A stretch of 64,000 bases of DNA from an uncultured Chloroflexia bacterium (GCA_963716585.1 CAVQTN010000002.1:28480-92479); one strand, 5' to 3'; positions 9,192 through 18,484 are shown, counted from the first letter of the stretch. Numbers and translations are program-made. The notes: generated from the letters alone by a model not told the origin.

Positions 9192-10607
9192 CTAGCTGTG
9201 GCGCAGCCGAGCGGGCAGGATCTGCAGCTCGTCGCGGTACTTCGCGACGGTCCGTCGGGCGAGAACAACCCCGTCAGCCAGGAGCAGCTCGGCGATTTCC
9301 TGGTCCGAGTACGGATTCGCCTCGTCCTCGGCGTCGATCATCCTGCGGATCTGGTCCTTGATCCCCAGCGAGGCGGTGAAGAAGTGGCTGAAGGGCACGA
9401 CCTCGCCGGATGGGATCATCACGTACTTGTCGGCGGTCGCCCGGCTGACCGTGGACTCGTGCATGCCGATCACCTCCCCAACCTCGGCCCGGGTCAGGGA
9501 CACCAGGTGCTGGACGCCGTGTAACAGGTAGTCGCGCTGGCGATCGCACAGGCATTCGGCTATGCGCTGCATGGTCGCTCGCCGGCGGTTGATGTTGTCG
9601 ATGAAGAACTTGGCGCGGCCGACGTACTCTCGCACGTGCTGCTTCTCGTCCTCGGTCGCCTCCGCGCTGCGCAGCTGTGACGACAGGCTCGAATAGATGG
9701 GCGTCACACGCAGGCTGAAGCGCCGCGACTCGACGACCTCGACGAGGAGCTCACCGTCGACGACCCGGATGAGCACGTCCGGCCGGATGATGGTCCGGAG
9801 GCCACCCCCGCTCACGGCGGCGGTGAACGCCGAGGTCGGGTACGGGTGGAGGTTGGACTTCACGAATTCCCATGTCTCGACCACCGACTGGCTCTCGACC
9901 CCGATTCGCTGGCCGATCTCACGGAACTTGCGCTCGCCCAGCTGCTGCAGGTGGTCGCGGACCACGACCTCGGCGATCGGGGGCACAGACACCTCGTCGT
10001 CCATCTCGCGCAGATAGGCGATCTGCGCCAGCAGGCTCTCGGTGATGCTTCGTGAGCCGATGCCGATTGGCTCGAGGCCGCGCATCGCGGCGAGCACCTG
10101 CTCCACCTCCTCGAGTGTCGCACCGGTGGCCGCCGCAATCGCCTCGTCGCTCTCGGTCAGGAAGCCGCTGCCGTCCAGCGCTCCGATGACGTAGTCGGCC
10201 ACGCGGTGGAGCGCGGTCGGCAACAGGGCGTACAGGTTCCAGGTCAGGTGCTCGTCGAGCGTGAACTCGGCTTCGGCGCGCGCGATCAGGTCGAGCTCAT
10301 CGGCTTCGTCGCGCAGACGCTGCTGAGAATCGGCGGGCAGCTCGTCGACGGCGGAATCGGCCGGGTCGCCCTCGCTGGCCTTGCGAGGCATGCACTCGGT
10401 GCAGTAGTTGCCGCTGATCGGCGAGCCGCAGATTGGGCAGCTCGCCAGCTCCTCCATCTCGAGGGCGGGGTTCTCTTCGAGCTCCTGGCTGATCGCCTCC
10501 TGCAGCTCGACGGAGCTCATCTGCAGGATGTAGTTGGCGGCGATCTGCTTGGGCGTGACCTTGAGGTGCATCGCCGGCTGCAGCTGCTGCTTGAGATCGA
10601 GCGACAT
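9192..10607 (-). CDS. rpoN: RNA polymerase sigma-54 factor
   Basis: 471 aa. Region I MSLDLKQQLQ...LQMSSVELQEAISQELEENPALE, core-binding region, and C-terminal RpoN box ARRTVAKYRDEL. It also contains a C-x2-C-x9-C-x2-C insertion in region II (see findings). Confidence 0.9.
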   Translation of the reverse strand: MSLDLKQQLQPAMHLKVTPKQIAANYILQMSSVELQEAISQELEENPALEMEELASCPICGSPISGNYCTECMPRKASEGDPADSAVDELPADSQQRLRDEADELDLIARAEAEFTLDEHLTWNLYALLPTALHRVADYVIGALDGSGFLTESDEAIAAATGATLEEVEQVLAAMRGLEPIGIGSRSITESLLAQIAYLREMDDEVSVPPIAEVVVRDHLQQLGERKFREIGQRIGVESQSVVETWEFVKSNLHPYPTSAFTAAVSGGGLRTIIRPDVLIRVVDGELLVEVVESRRFSLRVTPIYSSLSSQLRSAEATEDEKQHVREYVGRAKFFIDNINRRRATMQRIAECLCDRQRDYLLHGVQHLVSLTRAEVGEVIGMHESTVSRATADKYVMIPSGEVVPFSHFFTASLGIKDQIRRMIDAEDEANPYSDQEIAELLLADGVVLARRTVAKYRDELQILPARLRHS

Positions 10608-10673
10608 GGCTCCTCAGGTCTGGAACGAAACGGCCCTGACGGGCCGGTTGCCCGATTATAGGCTGGCGACCGC

Positions 10674-11336
10674 TCAGTCCCCGCGAGGGACCGAGAGCGA
10701 TCCCGGAGCGTTGATGCGTCGGACGCCCGGCAGCCCGGCACCGTAGCTCAGCAGGCTGTAGCCCGCGGGGTCCTGCGCCACGCGCCGCCGGTAGTCACGC
10801 ATCGGCCATGCCAGCAGTGCTGCGATCCGCAGGCGGTTGACGTGGTTGTGCGCGACCACGATGGCGCAACGCGCCCGGTCATCGGCGAGCCAGGCCTCGA
10901 CCGCGTGGAAGACCGGGAAGCTGCGTCGCGCCACGTCCTCGCCGCTCTCGCCCCCGGGACAGCGCGTGTGGTACGGATCGGCCACCCAGGCGCGGCGCAG
11001 CTCGGGGTCGCGGGCTCGGCATTCATCGGCCGTCAGACCGTCCCAGGCACCGTAGTCGAGCTCCAGGAGATCCGGCTCGACCTCGACCGACTCCGGGGGA
11101 AGCCCCAGCGCACGCCCCACCGGAGCGATCGTCTGGCGGCAGCGCAGCGCCGGGCTGCTGAACAGCCGGATCTCGTCGTGCGGCAGCTCGGTCAGCTCTG
11201 CGACGAGCGTTCGCGCCAGGTCGTCCGCGACGGTCACGCCCTCGGCGGCCAGGGGCGGGTCATCCGAGCGGCCGAGGTTGCGACCGCCCGCGCTCGCCGC
11301 GGTGATCGAGTGCCGAACCAGCACCAGGCTGCCCAT
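10674..11336 (-). CDS. histidine phosphatase family protein (phosphoglycerate mutase-like)
   Basis: 220 aa. N-terminal LVRHSIT (RHG catalytic motif) and the H of AHNHV; fold family PGAM/SixA-like. Confidence 0.75.
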   Translation of the reverse strand: MGSLVLVRHSITAASAGGRNLGRSDDPPLAAEGVTVADDLARTLVAELTELPHDEIRLFSSPALRCRQTIAPVGRALGLPPESVEVEPDLLELDYGAWDGLTADECRARDPELRRAWVADPYHTRCPGGESGEDVARRSFPVFHAVEAWLADDRARCAIVVAHNHVNRLRIAALLAWPMRDYRRRVAQDPAGYSLLSYGAGLPGVRRINAPGSLSVPRGD

Positions 11337-11416
11337 CGCCGGAGTCTAGCCTCGACCGACGCATGGCGTGGAGTATGCTACCGGCCGCCTGAGTCCCATC
11401 GCCCCACGGAGCGCCG

Positions 11417-12160
11417 ATGACCTACGCCCCCAACGAAGCCACCGGTGACGCCACGCCCGCGGACAGCGAGCGACCGGCGCGCCGAAGCCTCGGCTGCGCG
11501 TTCGAAATCATCGAAACGCTCGTCCTCACCCTCGTCATCTACCTGCTCATCCACAACTTCGTCGCCCAGCCGTTCGAGGTGCAGCAGGAATCGATGCTGC
11601 CCACCATCACCCCCAGCGACTACGTGCTGATCGAGAAGGTCACGCCGCGCTTCGGCGATTACCAGCGGGGCGACGTGATCGTGTTCAATCCCCCGTCAGG
11701 CTACGAGCAGGGCGGCATCCCATTCATCAAGCGCATCATCGGGCTGCCCGGCGACAGCGTGCAGCTGGAGAACGGCCGTGTGCTGATCACCCCGCCGGGC
11801 GGCACGACGGTGCGCATCGACGAGCCCTACATCGCGCGCACCGCCGATGGCCGGCCGGTCCCCACCCAGAACCAGGCGCCGGAGCCGCAGACCGAGTGGA
11901 CGGTGCCGGCGGGCAGCTACTTCGTGATGGGTGACAACCGGATGCAGAGCGAGGACTCGCGGCGCTTCGGGCCGATCGGGCATGACGCCATCATCGGCCG
12001 CGCCTGGCTGCGCTACTTCCCGCTGGATCGCATCGGGTTCGTCCAGCGGCCGAGCTATGCCGGCCTCACCTCGCAGCCGCAGAGCTCGCCCGCCAGCAGC
12101 GCGGTTTCGACCGCGCGATGGTCGGCTGGGCCGTCGAGGACCGCGGCGGGAGCTGGCTGA
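11417..12160 (+). CDS. lepB: signal peptidase I
   Basis: TM anchor, catalytic Ser box QQESMLPTI, Lys box VFNPP.../KRIIGLPGD, and box E GDNRMQSEDSRRFG. Confidence 0.88.
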   Translation: MTYAPNEATGDATPADSERPARRSLGCAFEIIETLVLTLVIYLLIHNFVAQPFEVQQESMLPTITPSDYVLIEKVTPRFGDYQRGDVIVFNPPSGYEQGGIPFIKRIIGLPGDSVQLENGRVLITPPGGTTVRIDEPYIARTADGRPVPTQNQAPEPQTEWTVPAGSYFVMGDNRMQSEDSRRFGPIGHDAIIGRAWLRYFPLDRIGFVQRPSYAGLTSQPQSSPASSAVSTARWSAGPSRTAAGAG

Positions 12161-12616
12161 CTAGTCCTCGGAGACGATCCAGGCGTCGACGTCGCGACGG
12201 TAGTCGAGCAGCTGGTCCGCCCCGAACCACAGGTCGAGCTCCTGGGCCGAGGTCTCCGGGGCATCGGAGGCGTGGATCAGGTTCCGCAGCGCGCTGAGCC
12301 CAAGATCACCGCGGATGGTCCCGGCGTCGGCCTCGTTCGGCATGGTCTTGCCCACCAGGCGCCGGACCGTGGCGATCGCATCGGGCCCCTCGAGGGCGAC
12401 CGCGGCGACGGGGCCCGAGGTGATGAACGTGACGAGGCCCGCATAGAACGGCTTGCCCGCGTGGATCGCATAGTGCTGCTCGGCCATCCGGCGCGGCACC
12501 GTGAGCAGCCGAAGGCCGACGACCTTGAGGCCCTTGCGCTCGAAGCGGGCCAGGACCTCGCCGATGAGGCCGCGCTGCACGCCGTCAGGCTTGACGAGCA
12601 CCAGGGTTCGTTGCAT
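12161..12616 (-). CDS. ndk: nucleoside diphosphate kinase
   Basis: 151 aa. MQRTLVLVKPDGVQRGL...NLIHASD with the active-site His; classical Ndk. Confidence 0.93.
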   Translation of the reverse strand: MQRTLVLVKPDGVQRGLIGEVLARFERKGLKVVGLRLLTVPRRMAEQHYAIHAGKPFYAGLVTFITSGPVAAVALEGPDAIATVRRLVGKTMPNEADAGTIRGDLGLSALRNLIHASDAPETSAQELDLWFGADQLLDYRRDVDAWIVSED

Positions 12617-12642
12617 GCCGCTCCTTGGGGTCTGAAAAGGTC

Positions 12643-13437
12643 TCAGGCTCGAGCGGCGCGGTCGTAGGCAGCCGATGATTCGGCCTGCCGGCCGGCGGCC
12701 CGCAACAGGTCGCCGTAGAGTAGCAGACGTCCGGCCGACGGCTCATGCGCGAGGGTCGGCTCGATGAGCGCCACGCCCTCGGGGCCGATGCGCGGATCGA
12801 GGCGCAGCGCCACACCGAGCTCGCGGTCGCCCAGGTCCTCGGCGGCGGCGGCATACGCCTCCCGGGCCGACTCGAGGCGCGCATGGGCGGCCGCGGTACG
12901 GCCAGGCTCCTGCTCGGTGCTCGCCGTGACGCGCGGGGCGGCGCGGGCCGCCCTGGGACGCAGCGATGCCGGCAATGGCCAGCCGAGGCGGGTTGCCACG
13001 CCGCCGCGCAGGCGCCACGCCTCGTCCACGCCGACCGAACCGAGGACGCGTTCCATGAGCGCCGCGGCACGATCCGGCTCCCCGGAGGCAGCCGATGCCT
13101 CGGCCTCGATAAGGAGCACCAGCGGACGGCGCCGCTCCAGGCTCGAGCCGCGGATGGCTTCGAGCGCGACGCCGGCGGCGCGTGGCCGCTGCTGGCGCCA
13201 GAGTGCCTCGGCCAGCAGCCCACGCGCGACATCGGCCTCCTCCATGGCACCCGGGCCCTCCAGCTCGAGCCGCGCGATCCGGCGCCGAAGCGTCGCCTCG
13301 GCGAGTGCCGGCAGTCCCGAGGCCATCTGCGTGCGCGCCAGGGCCAGGTCGTCCGGGATCAGGTCGACGAGATATTCCTCGCCGGCCTCGTCGCTGAGCG
13401 GCGCGTCCGCACCTGGCTGGGCGTCGGTTCCGCTCAT
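12643..13437 (-). CDS. hypothetical Ala/Arg-rich helical-repeat (TPR-like) protein, translationally coupled to the M16 peptidase
   Basis: The likely start is MSGTDAQPG at 13437, whose ATG overlaps the peptidase TGA (ATGA). The longer six-frame ORF is a spurious extension into the peptidase gene. About 265 aa, helical-repeat composition, no catalytic motifs. Confidence 0.5.
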   Translation of the reverse strand: MSGTDAQPGADAPLSDEAGEEYLVDLIPDDLALARTQMASGLPALAEATLRRRIARLELEGPGAMEEADVARGLLAEALWRQQRPRAAGVALEAIRGSSLERRRPLVLLIEAEASAASGEPDRAAALMERVLGSVGVDEAWRLRGGVATRLGWPLPASLRPRAARAAPRVTASTEQEPGRTAAAHARLESAREAYAAAAEDLGDRELGVALRLDPRIGPEGVALIEPTLAHEPSAGRLLLYGDLLRAAGRQAESSAAYDRAARA

Positions 13438-14765
13438 CCGGCGAGCGCCCGCTCGAAGCGGCGCGCCGACTTGAAGGGTCCGAGCACCGCCAGGCGCGCG
13501 TGCTGCGGGGCAAGGAACCGCCGTGCCACGCGCAGCATGTCGTCGGGCGTCACCGACTCGAGGCGCTCGACGACCTCCTCGACGGTCATGATCCGGGGCA
13601 GCAGGCTCTCGCCGCTGCCGAGCCACGAGGCGACCGCACCCGTCTCCTCCATGCGCAGCTCCAGGCGGCCACGGGTGTAGGCCAGCGCGCGATCGAGCTC
13701 GGCGCCGCTGATCGGCTCCTGGACGACGCGCTCCAGCTGGTCTCTTATGGCGACCACGACGCGCTGCGCCTGGTCGGGATCGAAGCCGGCATGCACCCCG
13801 AACGTGCCGCAATCCGCATAGGTCGACGCGAAGGTCGAGACGTCGTAGGTCAGCGAGCGTCGCTCCCGCAGCTCCAGGAAGAGGCGGCTGCTCATCCCAT
13901 CGCCGAGCACGGCACCAAGCAGGTCGAGCGCCCAACGGTCGGGGTCATCGCGCGAGCTGCCGGGCATGCCCAGGCACAGGTTGCCCTGCGACAGGCGGCG
14001 ATGCACCACCCGTACCCCACCCGCCTGGCCAAGCTCGGGAGCGTGCAGCCCGGGCAGGGGGATGGGTGAGCCGTCGCCAGCCGCCGCATCTGCCAGCCAG
14101 TCGCGCGTCTGGTCGTCCCACCAGCCGGCCGCGGCGCGCAGCACCTCCTCGTGATCGATCGCGCCGGCGACCGCCAGCACGAGATGTGGGGGTCGATACC
14201 AGCGCCGCCAGTGCGCTGCCGTCGAGGCACGCGTTGCGCGCCGCACGCTGCGCGGCGTCCCGGCGATCTCGCGGCCCAGTGGGTGACCGCCGAACAGCAG
14301 TTCATCGAAGAGGGTGAACACATGGTCGCTGGGCGAGTCGACGTACATGCGGATCTCGTCGATGATCACCGGCTTCTCGGCAACGAGGTCGGACCTGCGC
14401 AGCAGCGGACGCAGGGCGAGCTCGGCGACAACCTCCAGGCCGCGCGCCGCCTGGGCGCGGGGCACCCGCGAGGAGTAGACGGTCAGCTCGCGATCGGTCG
14501 ACGCGTTGACGCTGCCGCCGCTGCCCTCGATGACCTCGGACAGCCCGCCCGCCTCCGGGTAGCCGCGCGTGCCCTTGAAGACGAGATGCTCGAGCAGGTG
14601 GGACAGGCCTGCCTGCTCCTCGTTCTCATGGCGGGAGCCGACGCCCACGAACAGAGCGACCGACACCGAACGTGCGGTCGGCATCGACTGGGTCAGCACG
14701 CGCATCCCGTTGGGAAGGACGGTGCGCTCGAAGGCCTGTCCGACGGCCGCCAGGCCGAGGCTCAC
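13434..14765 (-). CDS. M16 family zinc peptidase (pitrilysin-like, inverted zincin HxxEH)
   Basis: 443 aa. HLLEHLVFKGT (HxxEH) and a downstream Glu; two-domain M16 architecture. Confidence 0.85.
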   Translation of the reverse strand: MSLGLAAVGQAFERTVLPNGMRVLTQSMPTARSVSVALFVGVGSRHENEEQAGLSHLLEHLVFKGTRGYPEAGGLSEVIEGSGGSVNASTDRELTVYSSRVPRAQAARGLEVVAELALRPLLRRSDLVAEKPVIIDEIRMYVDSPSDHVFTLFDELLFGGHPLGREIAGTPRSVRRATRASTAAHWRRWYRPPHLVLAVAGAIDHEEVLRAAAGWWDDQTRDWLADAAAGDGSPIPLPGLHAPELGQAGGVRVVHRRLSQGNLCLGMPGSSRDDPDRWALDLLGAVLGDGMSSRLFLELRERRSLTYDVSTFASTYADCGTFGVHAGFDPDQAQRVVVAIRDQLERVVQEPISGAELDRALAYTRGRLELRMEETGAVASWLGSGESLLPRIMTVEEVVERLESVTPDDMLRVARRFLAPQHARLAVLGPFKSARRFERALAG

Positions 14766-15247
14766 CTCGGCGCGTCCTCGTCCTCATCGGTCGCATCCGA
14801 GGAGTCCGACGACATGCTGAGCTCCATCTGGATGAAGCGCAGGTCCCGCGCGAGCTCCTCCGCGTTGCGTGGCAGGGGGCGCCCGTTGGGCTGTAGCTCC
14901 TCGTCCTCGCCAGTCCGCGGCGCGCTGGCGGCGAACTCGATCTGCACCCGCTCGCTGCCGATCACCAGCGTGTAGACCAGCAGCTGCTCCGAGGTCGTGT
15001 CGAACTGCAGGTAGTCGAACGAGTCGAGGTTGAGGCAGATGGCCAGCGGCGTGAAGTAGCTCGCGACCTCCGGATGGTCGACCACCAGCCGCTCGACCCA
15101 GCCCGTTCCGCTGCTCGCTGCCTGGTTGCCGCGGTAGTAGGTGTACGTCACGGTCTGCTTGAGCAGCGGACGCAGGATGTTGTAGATGTCGCTGCGATTG
15201 GTGACGACGCCGGTGTTGATGTAGAGCTTGGCGCGCGCCTCGGACAT
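14762..15247 (-). CDS. hypothetical protein with acidic Ser/Asp/Glu-rich C-terminal tail, first gene of the M16 peptidase operon
   Basis: 161 aa. Protein-like composition (Tyr/Ile/Asn-rich N-terminal half, unlike GC-shadow ORFs). 4-bp overlap with the peptidase start. No family recognised. Confidence 0.55.
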   Translation of the reverse strand: MSEARAKLYINTGVVTNRSDIYNILRPLLKQTVTYTYYRGNQAASSGTGWVERLVVDHPEVASYFTPLAICLNLDSFDYLQFDTTSEQLLVYTLVIGSERVQIEFAASAPRTGEDEELQPNGRPLPRNAEELARDLRFIQMELSMSSDSSDATDEDEDAPR

Positions 15248-15345
15248 CAGGGCACTCTCAGCGTTGGGGGGCGATGATCGTCGGCGAGTCTAGCACCAGA
15301 CCGATGCCGTCTGGAGCGCGCCGGCCTGCTGCTAGGATAGCCCGC

Positions 15346-16179
15346 GTGCAGCTGCTCGCCGTCGACATCGGCAACACCAATATCACGCTCGGGCTGTTCG
15401 ACGGCGAGGAGCTCGTCGGCTCGTGGCGCGCGACCACCCTGCCAGGCGCAACCGAGGATGAGCTCGCCGCGTTGACGGCCGCGCTGCTGGCACTCGACGG
15501 CCACGCGCTCGACGAGCTCGAGGCGGTTGCCGTGGCCAGCGTCGTCCCGCCGCTGACCGCTACGTTCAGCCGCTTCGTCGACGAGCGGCTCGGCATCGCA
15601 CCACTGTCCGTGGACGCGTCGGCGCTGGGAGGCGTGCTCGAGATCCGGATCGACCGGCCAGCCGAGGCCGGCGCCGACCGGCTGATCAACGCGCTGGCGG
15701 CACGCATCGAGGTCGGCGGCCCGGCGATCGTCGTCGACCTGGGCACCAGCACGAATTTCGATGTCGTGGCGGCGGATGGCGCCTACATCGGCGGTGCCAT
15801 CGCCCCGGGACTGGGGCTCTCGCTTGAAGCGTTGGTCGGCCATGCCAGCAAGCTGCCGCGGATCGACCTGCAGCGGCCGCCGCATGCCATCGGCACCACT
15901 ACCGTGCACGCCATGCAGAGCGGAACCGTGCTGGGCTACATCGGGCTGGTCAGCGGCCTGCTGACCGCACTGCGCGGTGAGCTCATCGAGCTGTCGCCGC
16001 CGGGTGCTCGGGTCACGGTGCTGGCCACGGGCGGTCATACGCATCAGCCGTGGCTCCGCGAGGTCCCGGGCATCGACCGCATCGAGCCGGACCTCACGCT
16101 GCGCGGCATTCGCCACGCCTGGCAGGCGCTGCGACGGGGGGCCGCCGAGCGGCCGCGCGCCGGCGAGGCCAGGCGATGA
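15346..16179 (+). CDS. coaX: type III pantothenate kinase
   Basis: LLAVDIGNTNITLGLF N-terminus and the second phosphate motif VVDLGTSTNFD. The probable GTG start at 15346 lies 7 nt downstream of a TAGGAT -10-like hexamer, suggesting a leaderless transcript. The upstream part of the six-frame ORF is likely not translated. Confidence 0.85.
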   Translation: MQLLAVDIGNTNITLGLFDGEELVGSWRATTLPGATEDELAALTAALLALDGHALDELEAVAVASVVPPLTATFSRFVDERLGIAPLSVDASALGGVLEIRIDRPAEAGADRLINALAARIEVGGPAIVVDLGTSTNFDVVAADGAYIGGAIAPGLGLSLEALVGHASKLPRIDLQRPPHAIGTTTVHAMQSGTVLGYIGLVSGLLTALRGELIELSPPGARVTVLATGGHTHQPWLREVPGIDRIEPDLTLRGIRHAWQALRRGAAERPRAGEARR

Positions 16180-17459
16180 GCGACGGGCCGGCCACGCCCT
16201 CGCTCGCCGGGCGCCGGCTGGTCGTGGGCATCACCGGCAGCATCGCCGCCTACAAGGCGGTGCTGGTCGTGCGACGCCTGTTGGCCGCGGGCGCCATCGT
16301 CGACGTCGCCATGACCCCGGCCGCCACCCGCTTCGTCGGGGCGCTGACCCTGGCATCGCTCACCCACCGGCCGGTGCTGACCAACGTGATGGAGCTCGAC
16401 GCCGAGCAGCAGATCGCCCACATCGAGCTGGCCGAGGGCGCCGATGCGATCGTCATCGCTCCGGCGACCGCCAACGTCCTGGCCGAGCTCGCCGCCGGGC
16501 TGGTCCACGACGCCGTCACCGCCATCGCGTGTGCCAGCCGCGCGCCGGTCCTGCTGGCGCCGGCGATGGATGCCGGCATGTGGACCCACCCCGCCACGCA
16601 GCGCAATGTCGCCACGCTGCGCGAGTTCGGCTACCTGATCGTCGAGCCGGAGGTGGGCATGCTGGCCAGCGGCCTGACGGGGATCGGGCGCCTCGCCGAG
16701 CCGTCGAGCATCGTTGAGGCCATCGAGCGGCTGTTCGCCCGTTCCGGCGACCTGGAGGGCGTGCGGGTCGTCGTCAGCGCCGGCGGGACGCGCGAGCCGA
16801 TCGACCCGGTGCGCTTCATCGGCAACCGCAGCAGCGGCAAGATGGGCGTGGCCATCGCCGAGGCCGCTCGCGACCGGGGCGCTTCGGTCACGCTGGTCGC
16901 CGGTGCCATGAGCGTCACTGCGCCGCGTGGTGTGACGCTGGTCGAGGCGCTGACCGCCGCCAGCATGCGCGAGGCGATCATCCGTGCCGCGCCACAGGCC
17001 GATGTGCTGGTGATGGCCGCCGCCGTCGCCGATTTCGCCCCGGTGCGTGCCGCCAGCCGCAAGATCAAGCGCGACGGATCGGCCATGAACGTGGAGCTGG
17101 TGCCGAACCCGGACATCGTCGCCGAGGTGGGCGAGATGCCCGACGCTGTCCGGCCGTTTCTCATCGGCTTCGCCGCCGAGAGCGGCGACCTCGAGGCCAA
17201 CGCCACGGGCAAGCTGCGCGACAAGGGGCTCGACCTGATCGTGGGCAACGTCGTTGGCGGGCCGTTCGACGCCATCGGCTCCGACGAGAACAAGGTCACC
17301 GTGTTCGGCGTCGAGGGAGCCCTGACGGACTGGCCGATGCTGCCCAAGCGGCAGGTCGCCGAGCGCCTGTGGGACCTGATCGCGGACCGATACCGGAAAG
17401 CGCGCAGCGAGACGGCATCAGGAACGCGGCGGACGGGGCGAGGTCGCAGCCGCGGGTGA
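16176..17459 (+). CDS. coaBC: bifunctional phosphopantothenoylcysteine decarboxylase / phosphopantothenate-cysteine ligase
   Basis: ATG at 16176 overlaps the coaX stop (ATGA). N-terminal flavoprotein domain (VVGITGSIAAYKA, PAMDAGMW) plus C-terminal CoaB domain (VSAGGTREPIDPVRFIGNRSSGKMG). Confidence 0.9.
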   Translation: MSDGPATPSLAGRRLVVGITGSIAAYKAVLVVRRLLAAGAIVDVAMTPAATRFVGALTLASLTHRPVLTNVMELDAEQQIAHIELAEGADAIVIAPATANVLAELAAGLVHDAVTAIACASRAPVLLAPAMDAGMWTHPATQRNVATLREFGYLIVEPEVGMLASGLTGIGRLAEPSSIVEAIERLFARSGDLEGVRVVVSAGGTREPIDPVRFIGNRSSGKMGVAIAEAARDRGASVTLVAGAMSVTAPRGVTLVEALTAASMREAIIRAAPQADVLVMAAAVADFAPVRAASRKIKRDGSAMNVELVPNPDIVAEVGEMPDAVRPFLIGFAAESGDLEANATGKLRDKGLDLIVGNVVGGPFDAIGSDENKVTVFGVEGALTDWPMLPKRQVAERLWDLIADRYRKARSETASGTRRTGRGRSRG

Positions 17460-17469
17460 TCGCGCGCCG

Positions 17470-18327
17470 ATGAACGTCATCCGCGACGTTCCCGAGCTGC
17501 GCGCCGTCGTCCTCGAGCGACGGATCGGCGGCGACTCGGTCGGCTTCGTGCCGACCATGGGCTTCCTGCACGCCGGGCAGGCCTCGCTCGTGGCGCGCGC
17601 GTGCGAGGAGAACGGCTGCGTGGTCGTTTCCAGCTTCGTCAACCCCGGCGACTTCCACATGCTCGACGAGCAGACGCGCACTCCGCGCAACACCGAGCAC
17701 GACCTCGCGCTGCTCGAGCAGGCAGGCGCCGACATCGTCTTCCTTCCCGAGGTGACGACCGTGTTCCCGCCCGACGATCGCACGCGGGTCAGCGTCGAGG
17801 GCCTCACCCGCCAGCTGGAGGGGGCATCGCGGCCCGGGCACCTGGACGGCCTCACCACCGTGATGCTCAAGCTCGTGAACATCGTGGGGCCGGCGCATCT
17901 GTACCTCGGCCAGAAGCACGCCCAGCAGGTCGTCATCCTGCGCCGCCTGCTGCGCGACCTGTTCCTGAACGTCGAGCTGGTGGTCTGCCCAACCGTCCGC
18001 GCCAACGATGGCCTGGCCCTGTCGTCGGCCAACGCGCAGCTGTCCATCGAGGAGCGCCACGCGGCGACCTGCCTCTTCACGGCGCTTTCCGCGGCAGAGG
18101 CGGCGTACGACGCCGGCGAGCGCTCCGCCGAGGTGCTTCGCGCGCGCATGACCGATGCGATCGAGGCCGAGCCGATGGCCCGCCTCGACTACATCAGCGT
18201 CGCCGATGCGAACAGCCTGGCCGAGCTGCAGCGGGTCAGCGGCCCGGCCCTTGCCCTGCTCGCCGTGTGGATCGGTCGCACACGGCTCACTGACAACATG
18301 CCGCTCGCCTGGGACGTGGCGTCCTAG
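17470..18327 (+). CDS. panC: pantoate-beta-alanine ligase
   Basis: 285 aa. VPTMGFLHAGQ (HIGH-type motif, see findings) and the conserved Gln of the KHAQQVVIL/GQKD region. Confidence 0.85.
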   Translation: MNVIRDVPELRAVVLERRIGGDSVGFVPTMGFLHAGQASLVARACEENGCVVVSSFVNPGDFHMLDEQTRTPRNTEHDLALLEQAGADIVFLPEVTTVFPPDDRTRVSVEGLTRQLEGASRPGHLDGLTTVMLKLVNIVGPAHLYLGQKHAQQVVILRRLLRDLFLNVELVVCPTVRANDGLALSSANAQLSIEERHAATCLFTALSAAEAAYDAGERSAEVLRARMTDAIEAEPMARLDYISVADANSLAELQRVSGPALALLAVWIGRTRLTDNMPLAWDVAS

Positions 18328-18446
18328 GCTCTGGCCTCGGCGTTGGTGTTGGGGCGTCGCCACGTGGTGCACCCGGGCACCGAAGGTACTAGTGCGCTGT
18401 GGCGTGCCGTTCGTATGATGCCGATCGAGGCCGGTTCGCCGGTCCC

Positions 18447-18484
18447 GGAGGCCGGCGAGTGCCCACGCTCGGCCTCCTTTTCTG
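18447..18484 (+). terminator. putative intrinsic terminator after panC
   Basis: GGAGGCCG...CGGCCUCC stem followed by UUUUCU, located between convergent genes. Confidence 0.45.

Noticed and set aside
16050-16175. N-terminal extensions in the six-frame ORFs for coaBC, hbd, greA, hppA, PTE, DUF2207 and others.
   Set aside because: In each case an internal start with an RBS or a coupling overlap gives the canonical protein length. The extensions are Arg-rich and overlap the neighbouring gene.
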